Shown: in pieces, positions 38,508 to 48,279 of the stretch
How the letters are laid out: the number at the start of each line of letters is the position of its first letter
Position numbering within the stretch: position 1 is the stretch's first letter
Origin: Ktedonobacterales bacterium
GTDB taxonomy: Bacteria; Chloroflexota; Ktedonobacteria; Ktedonobacterales; DATBGS01
Length of the DNA: 64,000 bases
Direction of reading: 5' to 3'
NCBI GenBank assembly: GCA_046704085.1
Contig: JBJKSJ010000038.1
Span: 1,116-65,115 of the forward strand
The notes under the pieces: model-generated
Seen by the model: the letters and a program-made list of their open reading frames with translations, nothing else
What the model was told of the DNA's origin: nothing
Database searches by the model: none
Made by a program: the position numbers and the translations under genes

Positions 38508-39173
38508 TCATTCGGCCTCGCGCGCCTGCAACAGCCCTTTGCGCAAGGCGTATTGGACCAGTTCGGAGCGATGGTGCAGCCCCAATTTCTGCATGATGCG
38601 CACGCGATAGGTCTCCACCGTCTTGGGGCTGAGGAAGAGTTGGTCGCCAATCTCGCTGCTGCTGTAGCCCTCCGCTGTCAGCGTCAGCACCTCGCGCTCG
38701 CGCTCGCTCAGCCCGTCGTAGGCGTCGCGCTCCTGCGCGGGGCGTCCGCCTTCGAGGTAGCGCGAGAGCAGCAGAGTGGCTGCTGCCGGATAGAGAAACA
38801 CGTTGCCAGCAGCCACTGTGCGGATGGCCTCGAAGAGATCAGAATCGACGCCCTGCTTCAACACATAGCCATAGCCGCCATTTTCCAGCACCTGAAAAAG
38901 ATACTCGTTTTCGGCGTGCATCGTCAGCACCAGCACGCGGCCTTGTAGGTTTGCCGCGTGCAACCGGCGCAGCGCCTCCAGCCCATCCATGCCGGGCATA
39001 GTAATATCCATTACGACCACATCTGGCGTCAGATCGCGCACGCGCTCCAGCGCCTCGGCTCCATCGCCCGCCTCGCCCACCACCTCCATATCCACCTGGG
39101 TATTGAGCAGTGTACGCAAGCCCGCGCGAAAGATGGGATGATCGTCAACGAGCAGAATGTGCAGCTTGCTCAT
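38508..39173 (-). CDS. NarL/LuxR-family response regulator
   Basis: Receiver domain ILLVDDHPIF...DVVVMDITMPGMDG. C-terminal LuxR HTH LSEREREVLTLTAEGYSSSEIGDQLFLSPKTVETYR. Confidence 0.9.
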   Translation of the reverse strand: MSKLHILLVDDHPIFRAGLRTLLNTQVDMEVVGEAGDGAEALERVRDLTPDVVVMDITMPGMDGLEALRRLHAANLQGRVLVLTMHAENEYLFQVLENGGYGYVLKQGVDSDLFEAIRTVAAGNVFLYPAAATLLLSRYLEGGRPAQERDAYDGLSEREREVLTLTAEGYSSSEIGDQLFLSPKTVETYRVRIMQKLGLHHRSELVQYALRKGLLQAREAE

Positions 39174-40335
39174 CGGCCTCCTCCCCCCGCTTACTGACCT
39201 CCTCCAATGGAAGCGTCACCTGCACCGTCGTGCCATGTCCTGGCCGCGACTCAATGGAGAAGCGCCCGCCAATCAGGTGAGCGCGCTCCTCCATACCAAA
39301 CAGACCCAGCCCTCGGCCATCCGTATCCTGTCGCCAGACGCGCTCCAGCACACGTAGATCAAAGCCGCGCCCATCATCGGCGATCCGAATCATCAACTGC
39401 CCATCCTGGCGCGCCAGCCGCACCTGCGCATGCTGCGCCTCGCCGTGCTTGAGGATATTCGTCAACGCCTCCTGCACAATCCGATAGACCGCAATCGCGC
39501 GCTCCGGCGGTAGGGTGATCGCCCCTTCCGGCAGCTCCAGCGAGATGGCGAGGGCCGTCGTCTCCTTCAACTGGCGCACCAGCGAGCGCAGCGAGGCCAC
39601 CAGGCCCAAATGATCGAGTACAGGCGGGCGCAGATCGAGCGCCAACTGGCGCACGCGATCAATGGCTGCTGAAACGAGCGCGCGCAGCGCCGCAATCTCG
39701 GCCTGGCGCGCCTCAGAAGCTGCCGCATTCTCCAGCAGCTTCAGCCGCACCAGCAGAAGGGTCAGCGTCTGTCCCGTATCGTCATGCAGTTCGCGGGCAA
39801 TCCGGCGGCGCTCCTCCTCTTGCGCGCGGATGACGCGGCCACCCAGCGCCTGCATCTGCGTGCGATAGTCTTCCACATCATCCAGCACACTGTTTAGTGT
39901 CTGGGCCAGTTCGCGCATATCGCCATCCGCAAGCGCGGACGGATGTGCCCGCACAGAGAGATCGCCGCGCCCTACCAGGCTGGCCGTTGCGCGCAAACTT
40001 TTCAGCGGTTCAAAAGCGGCCTTCAGCAGCAAGCCATTCAGTAGCATACTCAAAAGCAGGCCCACGCCAGTAAAGAGCAGACAGAGCGGCAGGTATAGCC
40101 GCGCATCAGGATACGCCCGTGCTACCCGCAAGGTGATGACCGTTCCGGCCAGCGCCCCCAAGACGACAATTGCTGAATTAGCAATCAGCACTTTATAGTA
40201 CAAAGGCATCGCCAGCAGGCGCCTGCCAAACCCCCCAGGCTGTTCGGGCAACGCTGGCGCTGGCGGTTCGTCCCTATCAAGGTCAGCATCCAGCGCCGCC
40301 AGAAGCGATTGATCGGGAAGAAAATCAGTTTTCAT
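39145..40335 (-). CDS. NarX/DesK-type sensor histidine kinase (HisKA_3)
   Basis: ORF 39145..40479 trimmed to ATG 40335. Two TM helices plus HAMP, H-box RRRIARELHDDTGQTL, and HATPase_c. Overlaps the regulator gene by 29 nt. Confidence 0.85.
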   Translation of the reverse strand: MKTDFLPDQSLLAALDADLDRDEPPAPALPEQPGGFGRRLLAMPLYYKVLIANSAIVVLGALAGTVITLRVARAYPDARLYLPLCLLFTGVGLLLSMLLNGLLLKAAFEPLKSLRATASLVGRGDLSVRAHPSALADGDMRELAQTLNSVLDDVEDYRTQMQALGGRVIRAQEEERRRIARELHDDTGQTLTLLLVRLKLLENAAASEARQAEIAALRALVSAAIDRVRQLALDLRPPVLDHLGLVASLRSLVRQLKETTALAISLELPEGAITLPPERAIAVYRIVQEALTNILKHGEAQHAQVRLARQDGQLMIRIADDGRGFDLRVLERVWRQDTDGRGLGLFGMEERAHLIGGRFSIESRPGHGTTVQVTLPLEEVSKRGEEADEQAAHSAR

Positions 40336-40686
40336 GGATACTCTCGTTCCAGCGATTATTAGCCGTCTGTGTTGTACTGTTGTTTCATAAAATATTATAG
40401 CGCGGCGCCAGCGGAGAACTGCTACCACTTTCTCAGCTTCTTTTAAGCCTGACCCCAAAGAATCCTTTCCTGCTGGCACTCAGCAGGCAATGGTAGGGAT
40501 TCATTGGGGTTTGCGCCTTGAGACATTAACCCCATTGAGATGTTGAAAGCCTGTATTTGCCCAGAGAGTAAGCTCAACCTCACTGTCTCTATGCTCCCTC
40601 CCACACTATCGTGTATACTGGCTCTACCGACGGTCCCAAACAGGAGTCTAATTTAGATTGCCAGGATTCTTGCGGAGAGAAGAGCT

Positions 40687-43062
40687 ATGGGCATAAAGCG
40701 AGATCGGCACCCTCCCTCCAGACAAACCCATCACAACCCGCCTGCCCCGTCCACGGAAACCACCAGCCGGACATCGCAGATACAGACGATGGGCGCGGGC
40801 ACATCCGACGCACAGCACGCTCTTGATGATCCTGCGCGGCTGGCTGCCCTTCAGCAAACCATGCTCCTGGATAGCCCGCCAGAGGAAGCATTTGATCGGC
40901 TCACCCGCCTGGCTGCCAAAATCCTGCGCGCCCCAACGGCCCTGGTCTCCCTCGTGGACCAGGATCGCCAGTTTTTCAAAAGCTACGCGGGCCTGGCAGA
41001 ACCCTGGACCTCTCAGCAAGGAACACTACTCACTCATTTGTTCTGTCGGTATGTCGCGATAACCGGCCAACCACTGCTGGTAGAAGATGCGCGCAAGCAT
41101 CCGTTGGTCCAGGGGAACCTCGCCATCGACGACCTGGGCGCGCTGGCTTACGCTGGCGTTCCTTTGATCACCCAGGAAGGCTACGCGCTGGGCGCTTTCT
41201 GCGTCATTGATAACCACCCGCGCGCCTGGACCCAGGAGGAGATCGAGATACTCAAAGACCTGAGCGCCTCGGTGATGACCGAAATCGAATTGCGTGCCAC
41301 GACCCGGCAGGCCGCCGCCCGCGCCAGCCAGCTTGAGGCCACCTTCGAGGCCATCGCCGATGCCGTGCTAGTCTATGATAAAGATGGTACTATCCTTCAG
41401 GCGAATGCCGCCGCCCGCGAACTGCTGGCTTCTGATCAGTCGGACGTTTACACGCTGCCGCTCTCTGAGCGTATGCGCCTCTTTCCCAGTTGGGATGAGC
41501 AGAAGCAGCCTTTCTCCGATGAAAGCTGGCCGGCCCGGCGCATCTTGAACGGTGAGACCCTCAAAGGCGCAACCTCTGTCGAGAGTGAAACCCGGACATC
41601 CGATGGTCGCCAGGTGATGTTCAACGCCAGCGGCGCGCCCGTGCGCGATTCGGAGGGCCAGATTATTGGGGGCATCCTCCTGCTGCGCGATGTGACAGAA
41701 CGGCGGCAGATCGAACAACGCACCGAAGCGACCCTCAACGCCTTGCTGGCGATGGCCCAGGCGCTCGTCTTCGATAGCCCTGAGACAGAGCTTGCTGCTA
41801 ATCAAACGCTCTCCGACACCACACGCATCGCGCGCCGCCTGGCAGAACTGACTGCCAGTGTCCTTGGCTGCCAGCGGGTCAGTCTGAGCGCCATCGACCC
41901 AAAGACGCAGATCGCACGCCCGGTAGCCATTGTGGGTCTTTCCCCGGAGCAAGAGCAGCAATGGTGGGCCGAGCAGCCCGCCGAGTCGCGGCTGGAGGAC
42001 AGCCCGATGCCTGAACTTGTCGCTCGCCTTCTCAGCGGCGATGTGCTGACGTTCGATATGCGGCAGCCGCCTTTCAATGCGTATCCAAATCCCTATGGAG
42101 TGACCACGATGCTCATTGCGCCGATGCACGTGGGCAATCAAATTGTCGGCGTGGTCACGCTTGATTATGGCGGGGCAGAACACGCCTTTTCTCCTCAGGA
42201 GATCGCGCTGGCGGGCAGCGTCGCAAAGCTTGAGGCCCTGGTTGTCGAGCGCGCGCGGCTGCTGCATGAGCGCGAAGAGTCGCGCGCGCGCGAACTGGCC
42301 CTGCGGCAAGCCAACGAGCGGATGGACGCCTTCCTGGGCATTGCCAGCCACGAACTCAAAACGCCCATCACCAGCATCAAAGCTGGCATTCAACTGGCGC
42401 AGCGCCGCCTGGAGATGGCGCCCCCGCCAGAGTCCCGCTCTCTCGCTGATCTCAACACGCTGCTGGACGCGCTCCAGACGCTCCTCAATCGCTCAGACCG
42501 CCAGACACGGCTGCTCAATCGCCTGGTAGATGACCTGTTGGATGTCTCGCGCATCCAGTCAGGCAAGCTCGAATTCCACCTGGAGCAAGGCGATCTGGTC
42601 GCCATCGTGCGCGATGCCGTGCAAGAGCAATCTCAACTCGCGCCAAAGCGGACCATTCGCTTTCAGCCTCCCGCTCATCCGAATCTCAGCGTCTTCGTGG
42701 ACGCCGACCGCATCGGGCAGGTGGTCACCAACTACCTCACCAACGCCCTCAAATACTCGAAGGAAGCCTATCCGGTCGAGGTGGGCCTGGAGGTCGAGGG
42801 CCAGCACGCTCGCCTCTGGGTGCGCGATCAGGGGCCAGGGCTGCCCTCGGAAGAACAGGCGCGCATCTGGGAACGCTTCCACCGGGCGGAAGGCATTGAG
42901 ATTCAGAGCGGCTCTGGCGTTGGGCTGGGCCTGGGCCTTTATATCAGCCGAACGATCATCGAGCGTCATCACGGGCAGGTCGGCGTGCAAAGCACCCCCG
43001 GACAGGGTTCCACCTTCTGGTTTATTCTGCCGCTGGCGCAGGCCAGAGCAGCGCGCGACTGA
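40687..43062 (+). CDS. Cytoplasmic GAF-PAS-GAF sensor histidine kinase (orphan), paralog of 28836..31517
   Basis: GGAGAG Shine-Dalgarno before ATG 40687. H-box FLGIASHELKTPITSI, and an HATPase region with VRDQGPGLPSEE and GSGVGLGLGLYISR. Confidence 0.85.
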   Translation: MGIKRDRHPPSRQTHHNPPAPSTETTSRTSQIQTMGAGTSDAQHALDDPARLAALQQTMLLDSPPEEAFDRLTRLAAKILRAPTALVSLVDQDRQFFKSYAGLAEPWTSQQGTLLTHLFCRYVAITGQPLLVEDARKHPLVQGNLAIDDLGALAYAGVPLITQEGYALGAFCVIDNHPRAWTQEEIEILKDLSASVMTEIELRATTRQAAARASQLEATFEAIADAVLVYDKDGTILQANAAARELLASDQSDVYTLPLSERMRLFPSWDEQKQPFSDESWPARRILNGETLKGATSVESETRTSDGRQVMFNASGAPVRDSEGQIIGGILLLRDVTERRQIEQRTEATLNALLAMAQALVFDSPETELAANQTLSDTTRIARRLAELTASVLGCQRVSLSAIDPKTQIARPVAIVGLSPEQEQQWWAEQPAESRLEDSPMPELVARLLSGDVLTFDMRQPPFNAYPNPYGVTTMLIAPMHVGNQIVGVVTLDYGGAEHAFSPQEIALAGSVAKLEALVVERARLLHEREESRARELALRQANERMDAFLGIASHELKTPITSIKAGIQLAQRRLEMAPPPESRSLADLNTLLDALQTLLNRSDRQTRLLNRLVDDLLDVSRIQSGKLEFHLEQGDLVAIVRDAVQEQSQLAPKRTIRFQPPAHPNLSVFVDADRIGQVVTNYLTNALKYSKEAYPVEVGLEVEGQHARLWVRDQGPGLPSEEQARIWERFHRAEGIEIQSGSGVGLGLGLYISRTIIERHHGQVGVQSTPGQGSTFWFILPLAQARAARD

Positions 43063-43063
43063 T

Positions 43064-44923
43064 TCAGGACCACACCTCGCGCAGATTGTCGATGATGAGG
43101 AACAGTCCGATCAGCACCAGCACGACGAGTATCACCAGGCGCGCAAACGTGATGAACAAGACCAGCATGGTGAACAGCGCCAGCGCCACGACCAACGCGC
43201 TCACCAGCGTGCGAATGGAGCGACGAAAGAGCGCCTCCATGAAGGCATAGATGCCCAGCAGCACCAGCAGTCCTGGCCCCAGGTCTTGCGAAAACTGGGC
43301 GAGGACGACAAAGGCCAGCAGCAGCACCCCGATGCTGATCGCGCTCCAGGTCTGCGCCAGCCGACTCAGCCGCAGATCAACAGGGCTGGTGGGCAGGTGC
43401 GGATGATGTAGGTGCGCGCACGGATCGCCGGGATCGCCAGCAGCAAGCTGGGCGGCATAATCGGCGCAGCTTGCCAGCGCCAACTCGTTGGTCGCCCGCT
43501 GGGCCTTGAGTTGGTCGAAGGCAGCGCTGCCCTCCCGAATCTCGCGCTCCAGGTTCGTTGCCTGCGCCCGCAAGGCTGGGCGGTTATGCACTGCTGCTGA
43601 TTCCATCTCCAGCCCGCGCTGGCGATCTGCCAGGTCGGCAATCTGCTGGACCAGTTCCTGCTGCTCCGCGCGCAGGCGGTCCTGCTGCTTCTCCAGCGCC
43701 GCGAGCGTCATGGCGGGCGGCGGCACTTTGTCTAACCCGCTCCATCCCACCGGGTCATACCATGCCTTCCTCACCTGCCCATCGCGTTGAAATTTGGGGC
43801 CGGTGGGGGCATCCTCGCCCGCAAAGGGGTCGCCGATATAGCGGCCCCACAGTCCACGATAGCCATCGACCCAGGGCGGCGCTGGCCGCTCAGGGGTCTC
43901 CTGGAGCGGACACACCTCCCAGGGGTTTTTCTGGCCTGGCCCAATCCGCAGCCCATCGCCGCGCGCGTAATCGACATAGGGGATACGAAAGAGACCCGGC
44001 GCCGAACCGGCCACAGGCGCATTACCCTGGCCCAGACGCGCCCACACGCCGCGCAACCCCTTCCAGAGCCGAATCAGCCCGGCTGTATAGGGCAGCACTG
44101 CCGTCGTCAGATATTCGCCGGGGAAGAAGTAGGAAGCGTGCGAGCCTGCACCTACATAGACCAGCGGGTGTTCGCCCACCCGTGCCAGGTCCGGGTCGTC
44201 CCAGCGACGACGCAGTTCGTCGCCCTCATAGTTGTGCGAGGCATAGGCTACCCAGGCGGGCTGCGCCCTTCCCTGCTTATCCTCTGCCGCGTAGACCGTA
44301 ATCATCTCCCAGTCGGCTTCGTGATCATTGACTCCCTGGAACGAGGAACGCCAGTCGTTGAAAGCGTAAAAGAACCAGTATTGCAGCGTGATATAGCCCT
44401 GCTCGCGCACCACCCGGCCATGATAGCAGTAGCGTGGCCTCTGCTCCTGGAGCGCCTGATAGTGCAGCGCCGAGCTTGCCGCCAGACCCCCTGGCGCTTT
44501 GCCGCGTAGGATCAGCGAAAGCGAAAAGAGCAGATCCCCCAGCCGTGCAACCAGGCCAACCCGCGCCAGCCGCCCCGGGCCTGGGTGAAAGTCCTTGAGC
44601 GTTGAGCTATGGTGAAACTCGCGCACCTTCGCCCCCGACAGCGGATCGGCCACGCTCAGGTAATACACCGACCCCGGCGCGGGCAGACGTCGCTCGACCA
44701 GCAGGTCCACATCCAACTGGCCGCGTGGAACCAACACCTGGGGGTTTTCATTAGGACGCTTGATACAAAGGGCTGCCTCGGCAAGATAGCGGTCCACATC
44801 CATTGGATAGAACTGCTCCCCCCGGTTAAAGCAGAGAACCGGCTCGAAGCGGCGCAGCAGTGCCAGATCATCCGGGGAGAGCAGCGTCGTTGGCGCCGCA
44901 TCTGAGGGAAGGCGGAGGGCCAT
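43064..44923 (-). CDS. Vps62/DUF946-like domain protein with a coiled-coil and a C-terminal 3-TM anchor
   Basis: AAGGAG Shine-Dalgarno. Vps62-like landmarks: FEPVLCFNRGEQFYPMDVDRYL, LQYWFFYAFNDW, NDHEADWEMITVY, YVGAGSHASYF. A heptad-rich segment follows (LEKQQDRLRAEQQELVQQIADLADRQRGLE), then three hydrophobic helices. Confidence 0.6.
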   Translation of the reverse strand: MALRLPSDAAPTTLLSPDDLALLRRFEPVLCFNRGEQFYPMDVDRYLAEAALCIKRPNENPQVLVPRGQLDVDLLVERRLPAPGSVYYLSVADPLSGAKVREFHHSSTLKDFHPGPGRLARVGLVARLGDLLFSLSLILRGKAPGGLAASSALHYQALQEQRPRYCYHGRVVREQGYITLQYWFFYAFNDWRSSFQGVNDHEADWEMITVYAAEDKQGRAQPAWVAYASHNYEGDELRRRWDDPDLARVGEHPLVYVGAGSHASYFFPGEYLTTAVLPYTAGLIRLWKGLRGVWARLGQGNAPVAGSAPGLFRIPYVDYARGDGLRIGPGQKNPWEVCPLQETPERPAPPWVDGYRGLWGRYIGDPFAGEDAPTGPKFQRDGQVRKAWYDPVGWSGLDKVPPPAMTLAALEKQQDRLRAEQQELVQQIADLADRQRGLEMESAAVHNRPALRAQATNLEREIREGSAAFDQLKAQRATNELALASCADYAAQLAAGDPGDPCAHLHHPHLPTSPVDLRLSRLAQTWSAISIGVLLLAFVVLAQFSQDLGPGLLVLLGIYAFMEALFRRSIRTLVSALVVALALFTMLVLFITFARLVILVVLVLIGLFLIIDNLREVWS

Positions 44924-44935
44924 TGCTGCTGCTCC

Positions 44936-45427
44936 TTACGCTTCCAGCGCGCCAGGCGGCTCAACCGCGCTGGTGCTGCCGACGGGTTCGATGTCCATGC
45001 TCGCTGAGACAGCGGGAGACGTCGCCTCAATGGAGAACGCCTCCCGAATAGGGCGCTGATTGAGATAAAACACCAGAAGTGCCGTAATCAACAGCGTCAC
45101 ATAGGCTGGGCGCCCCTGAAAATAATTGCTGAGCTGAATCACCAGTTGGCACCCCAGCAGGAGCATACTCATCAGCCAGGCCCAGGGCCGCAGGCGCAGC
45201 ATGCCCAGACCACTCACCAGAGCAAACACGCCCAGGGCTAACTGCGCGGCCACCAGAAACAGATCGACCACTGACAATTGCCGCACCACCACTGCCAACG
45301 CAGGCGCCAGATTGCCGCTGTAGTGCAGCAGGCTCAAGACCAGCACGAAGAGACTCAGCGCCGTCACCAGGAAGCCATACAGGAAGATCAACACCGCCAG
45401 AATCGTCACGACAAGTGGTCGTTTCAT
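44936..45427 (-). CDS. Four-TM membrane protein, function unknown (upstream partner of the Vps62-like gene)
   Basis: Four hydrophobic helices. It stops 12 nt before the Vps62-like start, which suggests one operon. Confidence 0.55.
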   Translation of the reverse strand: MKRPLVVTILAVLIFLYGFLVTALSLFVLVLSLLHYSGNLAPALAVVVRQLSVVDLFLVAAQLALGVFALVSGLGMLRLRPWAWLMSMLLLGCQLVIQLSNYFQGRPAYVTLLITALLVFYLNQRPIREAFSIEATSPAVSASMDIEPVGSTSAVEPPGALEA

Positions 45428-45569
45428 AGTCGTGCCTTTCAGCAGAGCGCAATGTAGCCTGAGTTCTTAATATAGGGCCACATTGCATCAAAGACTATGC
45501 CAGCAGCCCTCTCAAGCAGATGAAGCGGCGCCCTGCGGCAGATCGGACTATGATGACATCTACTCTTTG

Positions 45570-46991
45570 TTATCTAAATATCGGCTGTTCGGTGTTGCTC
45601 CACGAAGGCGCAATTGGCGCCAGCCCCAGTTCACGCACAATTTGCTGGGCAGCCAATCCAACAGCTTCTGTAAACGTTGGATAAGCCAGTTGGACCTCCG
45701 CCAATTGCTCAACCCGCATACCACCTGCCATACAGGCGGCTACCATCTGGATCACTTCCACCGAGTATTCACCCAGGACATGCGCTCCCAGGATATGCCG
45801 ATAGCGCCGCTCGACGATCAGCTTGCAAAAGCCCTCCGGGTGGGCATCAACCACGGGCCGTAGTAAGTCGCTGTAGTGGACAACGGCCACCGCGCAATCG
45901 TAGAGGGCACGCGCCTCCGCCTCAGTCAGCCCGACACGGGCATATTCCGGGTCGGTGAAGCTGCCACTGGGGACAATCTCATGGGTGAACCGGCGGTGGG
46001 GTTCCAGCACAGCATTTTCAGCGGCAAGGCGCCCCTCATAGGTTGCGCTCTGCGCAAGCATGCTCCGCCCGTTGATGTCTCCAGAGGCATAGATGTGCGG
46101 CGTCGTGCTTTGCAGGTAATCATTGACTACGATATAACTCCGCTCTGTCGCTATTCCGGCAGCAGCGACATCCAGCACATCGACATTCCCCGGCCAGCCA
46201 ACCGCAAAGAAAACAGCATCAACAATCACACTGAACAAGCGCCCTACTTGCTCATAAAACAGCTCAATTCCCCTTTGCGTCTGCTCCAGGCGCTCCGTTT
46301 TGGCCCCGGTAATCACCGTGATGCCTTGCTCCTCAAAGGCGGCCTTCAGAGCGGCGGAGATGTCCTCATCGGCTCCTGGGGTCAGCCGGGGGGCCATTTC
46401 AACCAGAGTCACCTGGCAACCGAAATCTTCCAGGATCGATGCAAGCTGGCACCCGGTATCTGCACCGCCAATGACGGCTATGCGTGCAGGCAGGGTCTGC
46501 AACGTCCAGATATCACTATAGGTCAGCCCCAGATCAGCGCCAGAGATCGGCAGTTTCTGGCCGCGACCTCCTGCTGCAATAATGATTCGCTCGCCGCGCC
46601 ATGTGCGACCATCAGGGGTCATGAGCGTATGCTGATCGAGAAACCTGGCCGGACCGGCTCCCTCGATGAGATCAATGCCGATCCGGCGCAACGACTCGGC
46701 CAGATGTTTTTTCTCATGCGCGTAATTGGCGACCCGGTTGGCGTTTGCCAGCACGGCGGGCAGATCGATTTCTGGCTGTGCCCCATTCAGACCAAAGATC
46801 GGCCAGGTTTTGGCATCGCGTGCCAGCCGAGCGGCGCGAGCGATGGTGCGTATCGGCGCAGGCCCTTCGTTGATGCTGGTCCCACCTACCCGTTTACTTT
46901 CGAGTAAAGTCACCCTGGCGCCCAGTTCACGCGCGCGCAGCGCTGCCGACACACCGGCTGGCCCGCCGCCGATCACCAGGAGATCACTCAT
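45570..46991 (-). CDS. Class-I pyridine-nucleotide-disulfide-oxidoreductase homolog lacking the redox-active cysteine pair
   Basis: GAGGAGGG Shine-Dalgarno. FAD motif LLVIGGGPAGVSAA, NAD motif IAVIGGADTGCQLA, and a C-terminal dimerisation domain. The canonical GGTCxNxGC site reads GGTSINEGP. Confidence 0.8.
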   Translation of the reverse strand: MSDLLVIGGGPAGVSAALRARELGARVTLLESKRVGGTSINEGPAPIRTIARAARLARDAKTWPIFGLNGAQPEIDLPAVLANANRVANYAHEKKHLAESLRRIGIDLIEGAGPARFLDQHTLMTPDGRTWRGERIIIAAGGRGQKLPISGADLGLTYSDIWTLQTLPARIAVIGGADTGCQLASILEDFGCQVTLVEMAPRLTPGADEDISAALKAAFEEQGITVITGAKTERLEQTQRGIELFYEQVGRLFSVIVDAVFFAVGWPGNVDVLDVAAAGIATERSYIVVNDYLQSTTPHIYASGDINGRSMLAQSATYEGRLAAENAVLEPHRRFTHEIVPSGSFTDPEYARVGLTEAEARALYDCAVAVVHYSDLLRPVVDAHPEGFCKLIVERRYRHILGAHVLGEYSVEVIQMVAACMAGGMRVEQLAEVQLAYPTFTEAVGLAAQQIVRELGLAPIAPSWSNTEQPIFR

Positions 46992-47037
46992 ACAGACCCT
47001 CCTCTTGCCTTCGCAATGCTATCGCTGATAAGTCGCT

Positions 47038-48168
47038 TCATCCTTGGGTTCTTTGGTTTGTCTCTGCTTGCGCGACCTCGACAAAGACCTTGATGGCATC
47101 TTTGTTCTCGAACAGGTGATGCAGCAGCTCGGCGTGCTGGTCGAGGTTCTGTACCGGCGTGGTCAGCATCCTGTTGAGCCAGCCGGGACAGAATGCCTCC
47201 GCTTTGAGCAGGTCGTCCACGCCAGCAAGAAAGTCGCTATAGGCGGCGCTCACACTGCCAACCATCACCTTGTTGCCTAGGACAAAGCCTTGATTGATCT
47301 TATCTGCGGGGACGGTGGCTTGCCGCTCGCCCCCCGTAATGCTCGCCAGCACCAGCACCCCATTGGGGGCCAACGCCTCAGCGGCTGCAAACACGAGTGG
47401 GCTATATCCAGTTGCTTCCAACATGAGGTCGAAGGGGCCAAACGTGCGGCTGACCTCGGCCAGCGTTTCCAGTTGGGAGCAGACATAATGGCCGCCTAAT
47501 TGCGTGATGAGGTCGCTATTAAGATAAGGCGGAGGACGCAAGGAGTAACACGTCACCTCCAGGCCACGCAGGCGCATGACCAGCCCAGCCAGGAGACCAA
47601 TGGCGCCAGCGCCGATGACGGCAGCGCGACGCGGCTGCCAGAGCTTGAGTCGCCGCTGAATCTCGAACGCCTGATTGATTCCTTTCTCAACTACGGCTAT
47701 CGGCTCCAGCAAGACCCCGACCTCCCGCAGCATCGGTGGGAGCGGCACCAGATAAGCTGCATCCTCTACGTAGTATTCCGTCATAAACCCATGCAGCAGA
47801 TGAATGCCCCGCTCGTAATAGGCTGCATCAGTGGTCATATCCTGAGAGCCAATCTGGTCGTAGAGGCTCGTACCTGGCCGACGCACCGTTGCCACTACAT
47901 AGGCGCCTGGTGTGATCGTAGAGGGCACATGTGGACCCACTTCGATGACCTGACCAACATGTTCATGGCCTACGATGAGAAAATGCGCTCCCTCTGGAGC
48001 CTGACCGTATAGGGCTTCAATGATTTCTTTGTCGGTTCCATCCACCCCGGCGCGCAGCACTTTCACCAGGACGCCGCGCCCATTAGGAATAGCGGTTACT
48101 TGCGGCTGGGGAATATTTTCCAGATGCAGCGAGTGCGGCTGACCGGGATAGACTGCGACTGCTTTCAT
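47038..48168 (-). CDS. Zn-dependent MDR dehydrogenase, glucose-1-dehydrogenase-like
   Basis: GAGAGGG Shine-Dalgarno. N-terminal GVDGTDKEI has Asp where most MDR enzymes have the Cys zinc ligand, as reported for haloarchaeal glucose dehydrogenase. Also contains GHEHVGQV and the Rossmann motif VIGAGAIGLL. Confidence 0.65.
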   Translation of the reverse strand: MKAVAVYPGQPHSLHLENIPQPQVTAIPNGRGVLVKVLRAGVDGTDKEIIEALYGQAPEGAHFLIVGHEHVGQVIEVGPHVPSTITPGAYVVATVRRPGTSLYDQIGSQDMTTDAAYYERGIHLLHGFMTEYYVEDAAYLVPLPPMLREVGVLLEPIAVVEKGINQAFEIQRRLKLWQPRRAAVIGAGAIGLLAGLVMRLRGLEVTCYSLRPPPYLNSDLITQLGGHYVCSQLETLAEVSRTFGPFDLMLEATGYSPLVFAAAEALAPNGVLVLASITGGERQATVPADKINQGFVLGNKVMVGSVSAAYSDFLAGVDDLLKAEAFCPGWLNRMLTTPVQNLDQHAELLHHLFENKDAIKVFVEVAQAETNQRTQG

Positions 48169-48279
48169 ATCGTGCCCTCTCGGTGTTGCTGTCGAAGGTG
48201 ATGCCTAACTCGGTTGATGACCTGCTGAGGAGCCATAGCAACTCAGCACCGACTATAACTGAATTGAGTAGGATTCTAC

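Noticed and set aside
45570-45590. TGTTATCTAAATATCGG, which resembles the 17-nt motif, at the 3' end of the flavoprotein gene.
   Set aside because: It has several mismatches to the motif core. It is simply the last codons (EQPIFR-stop) of the gene.
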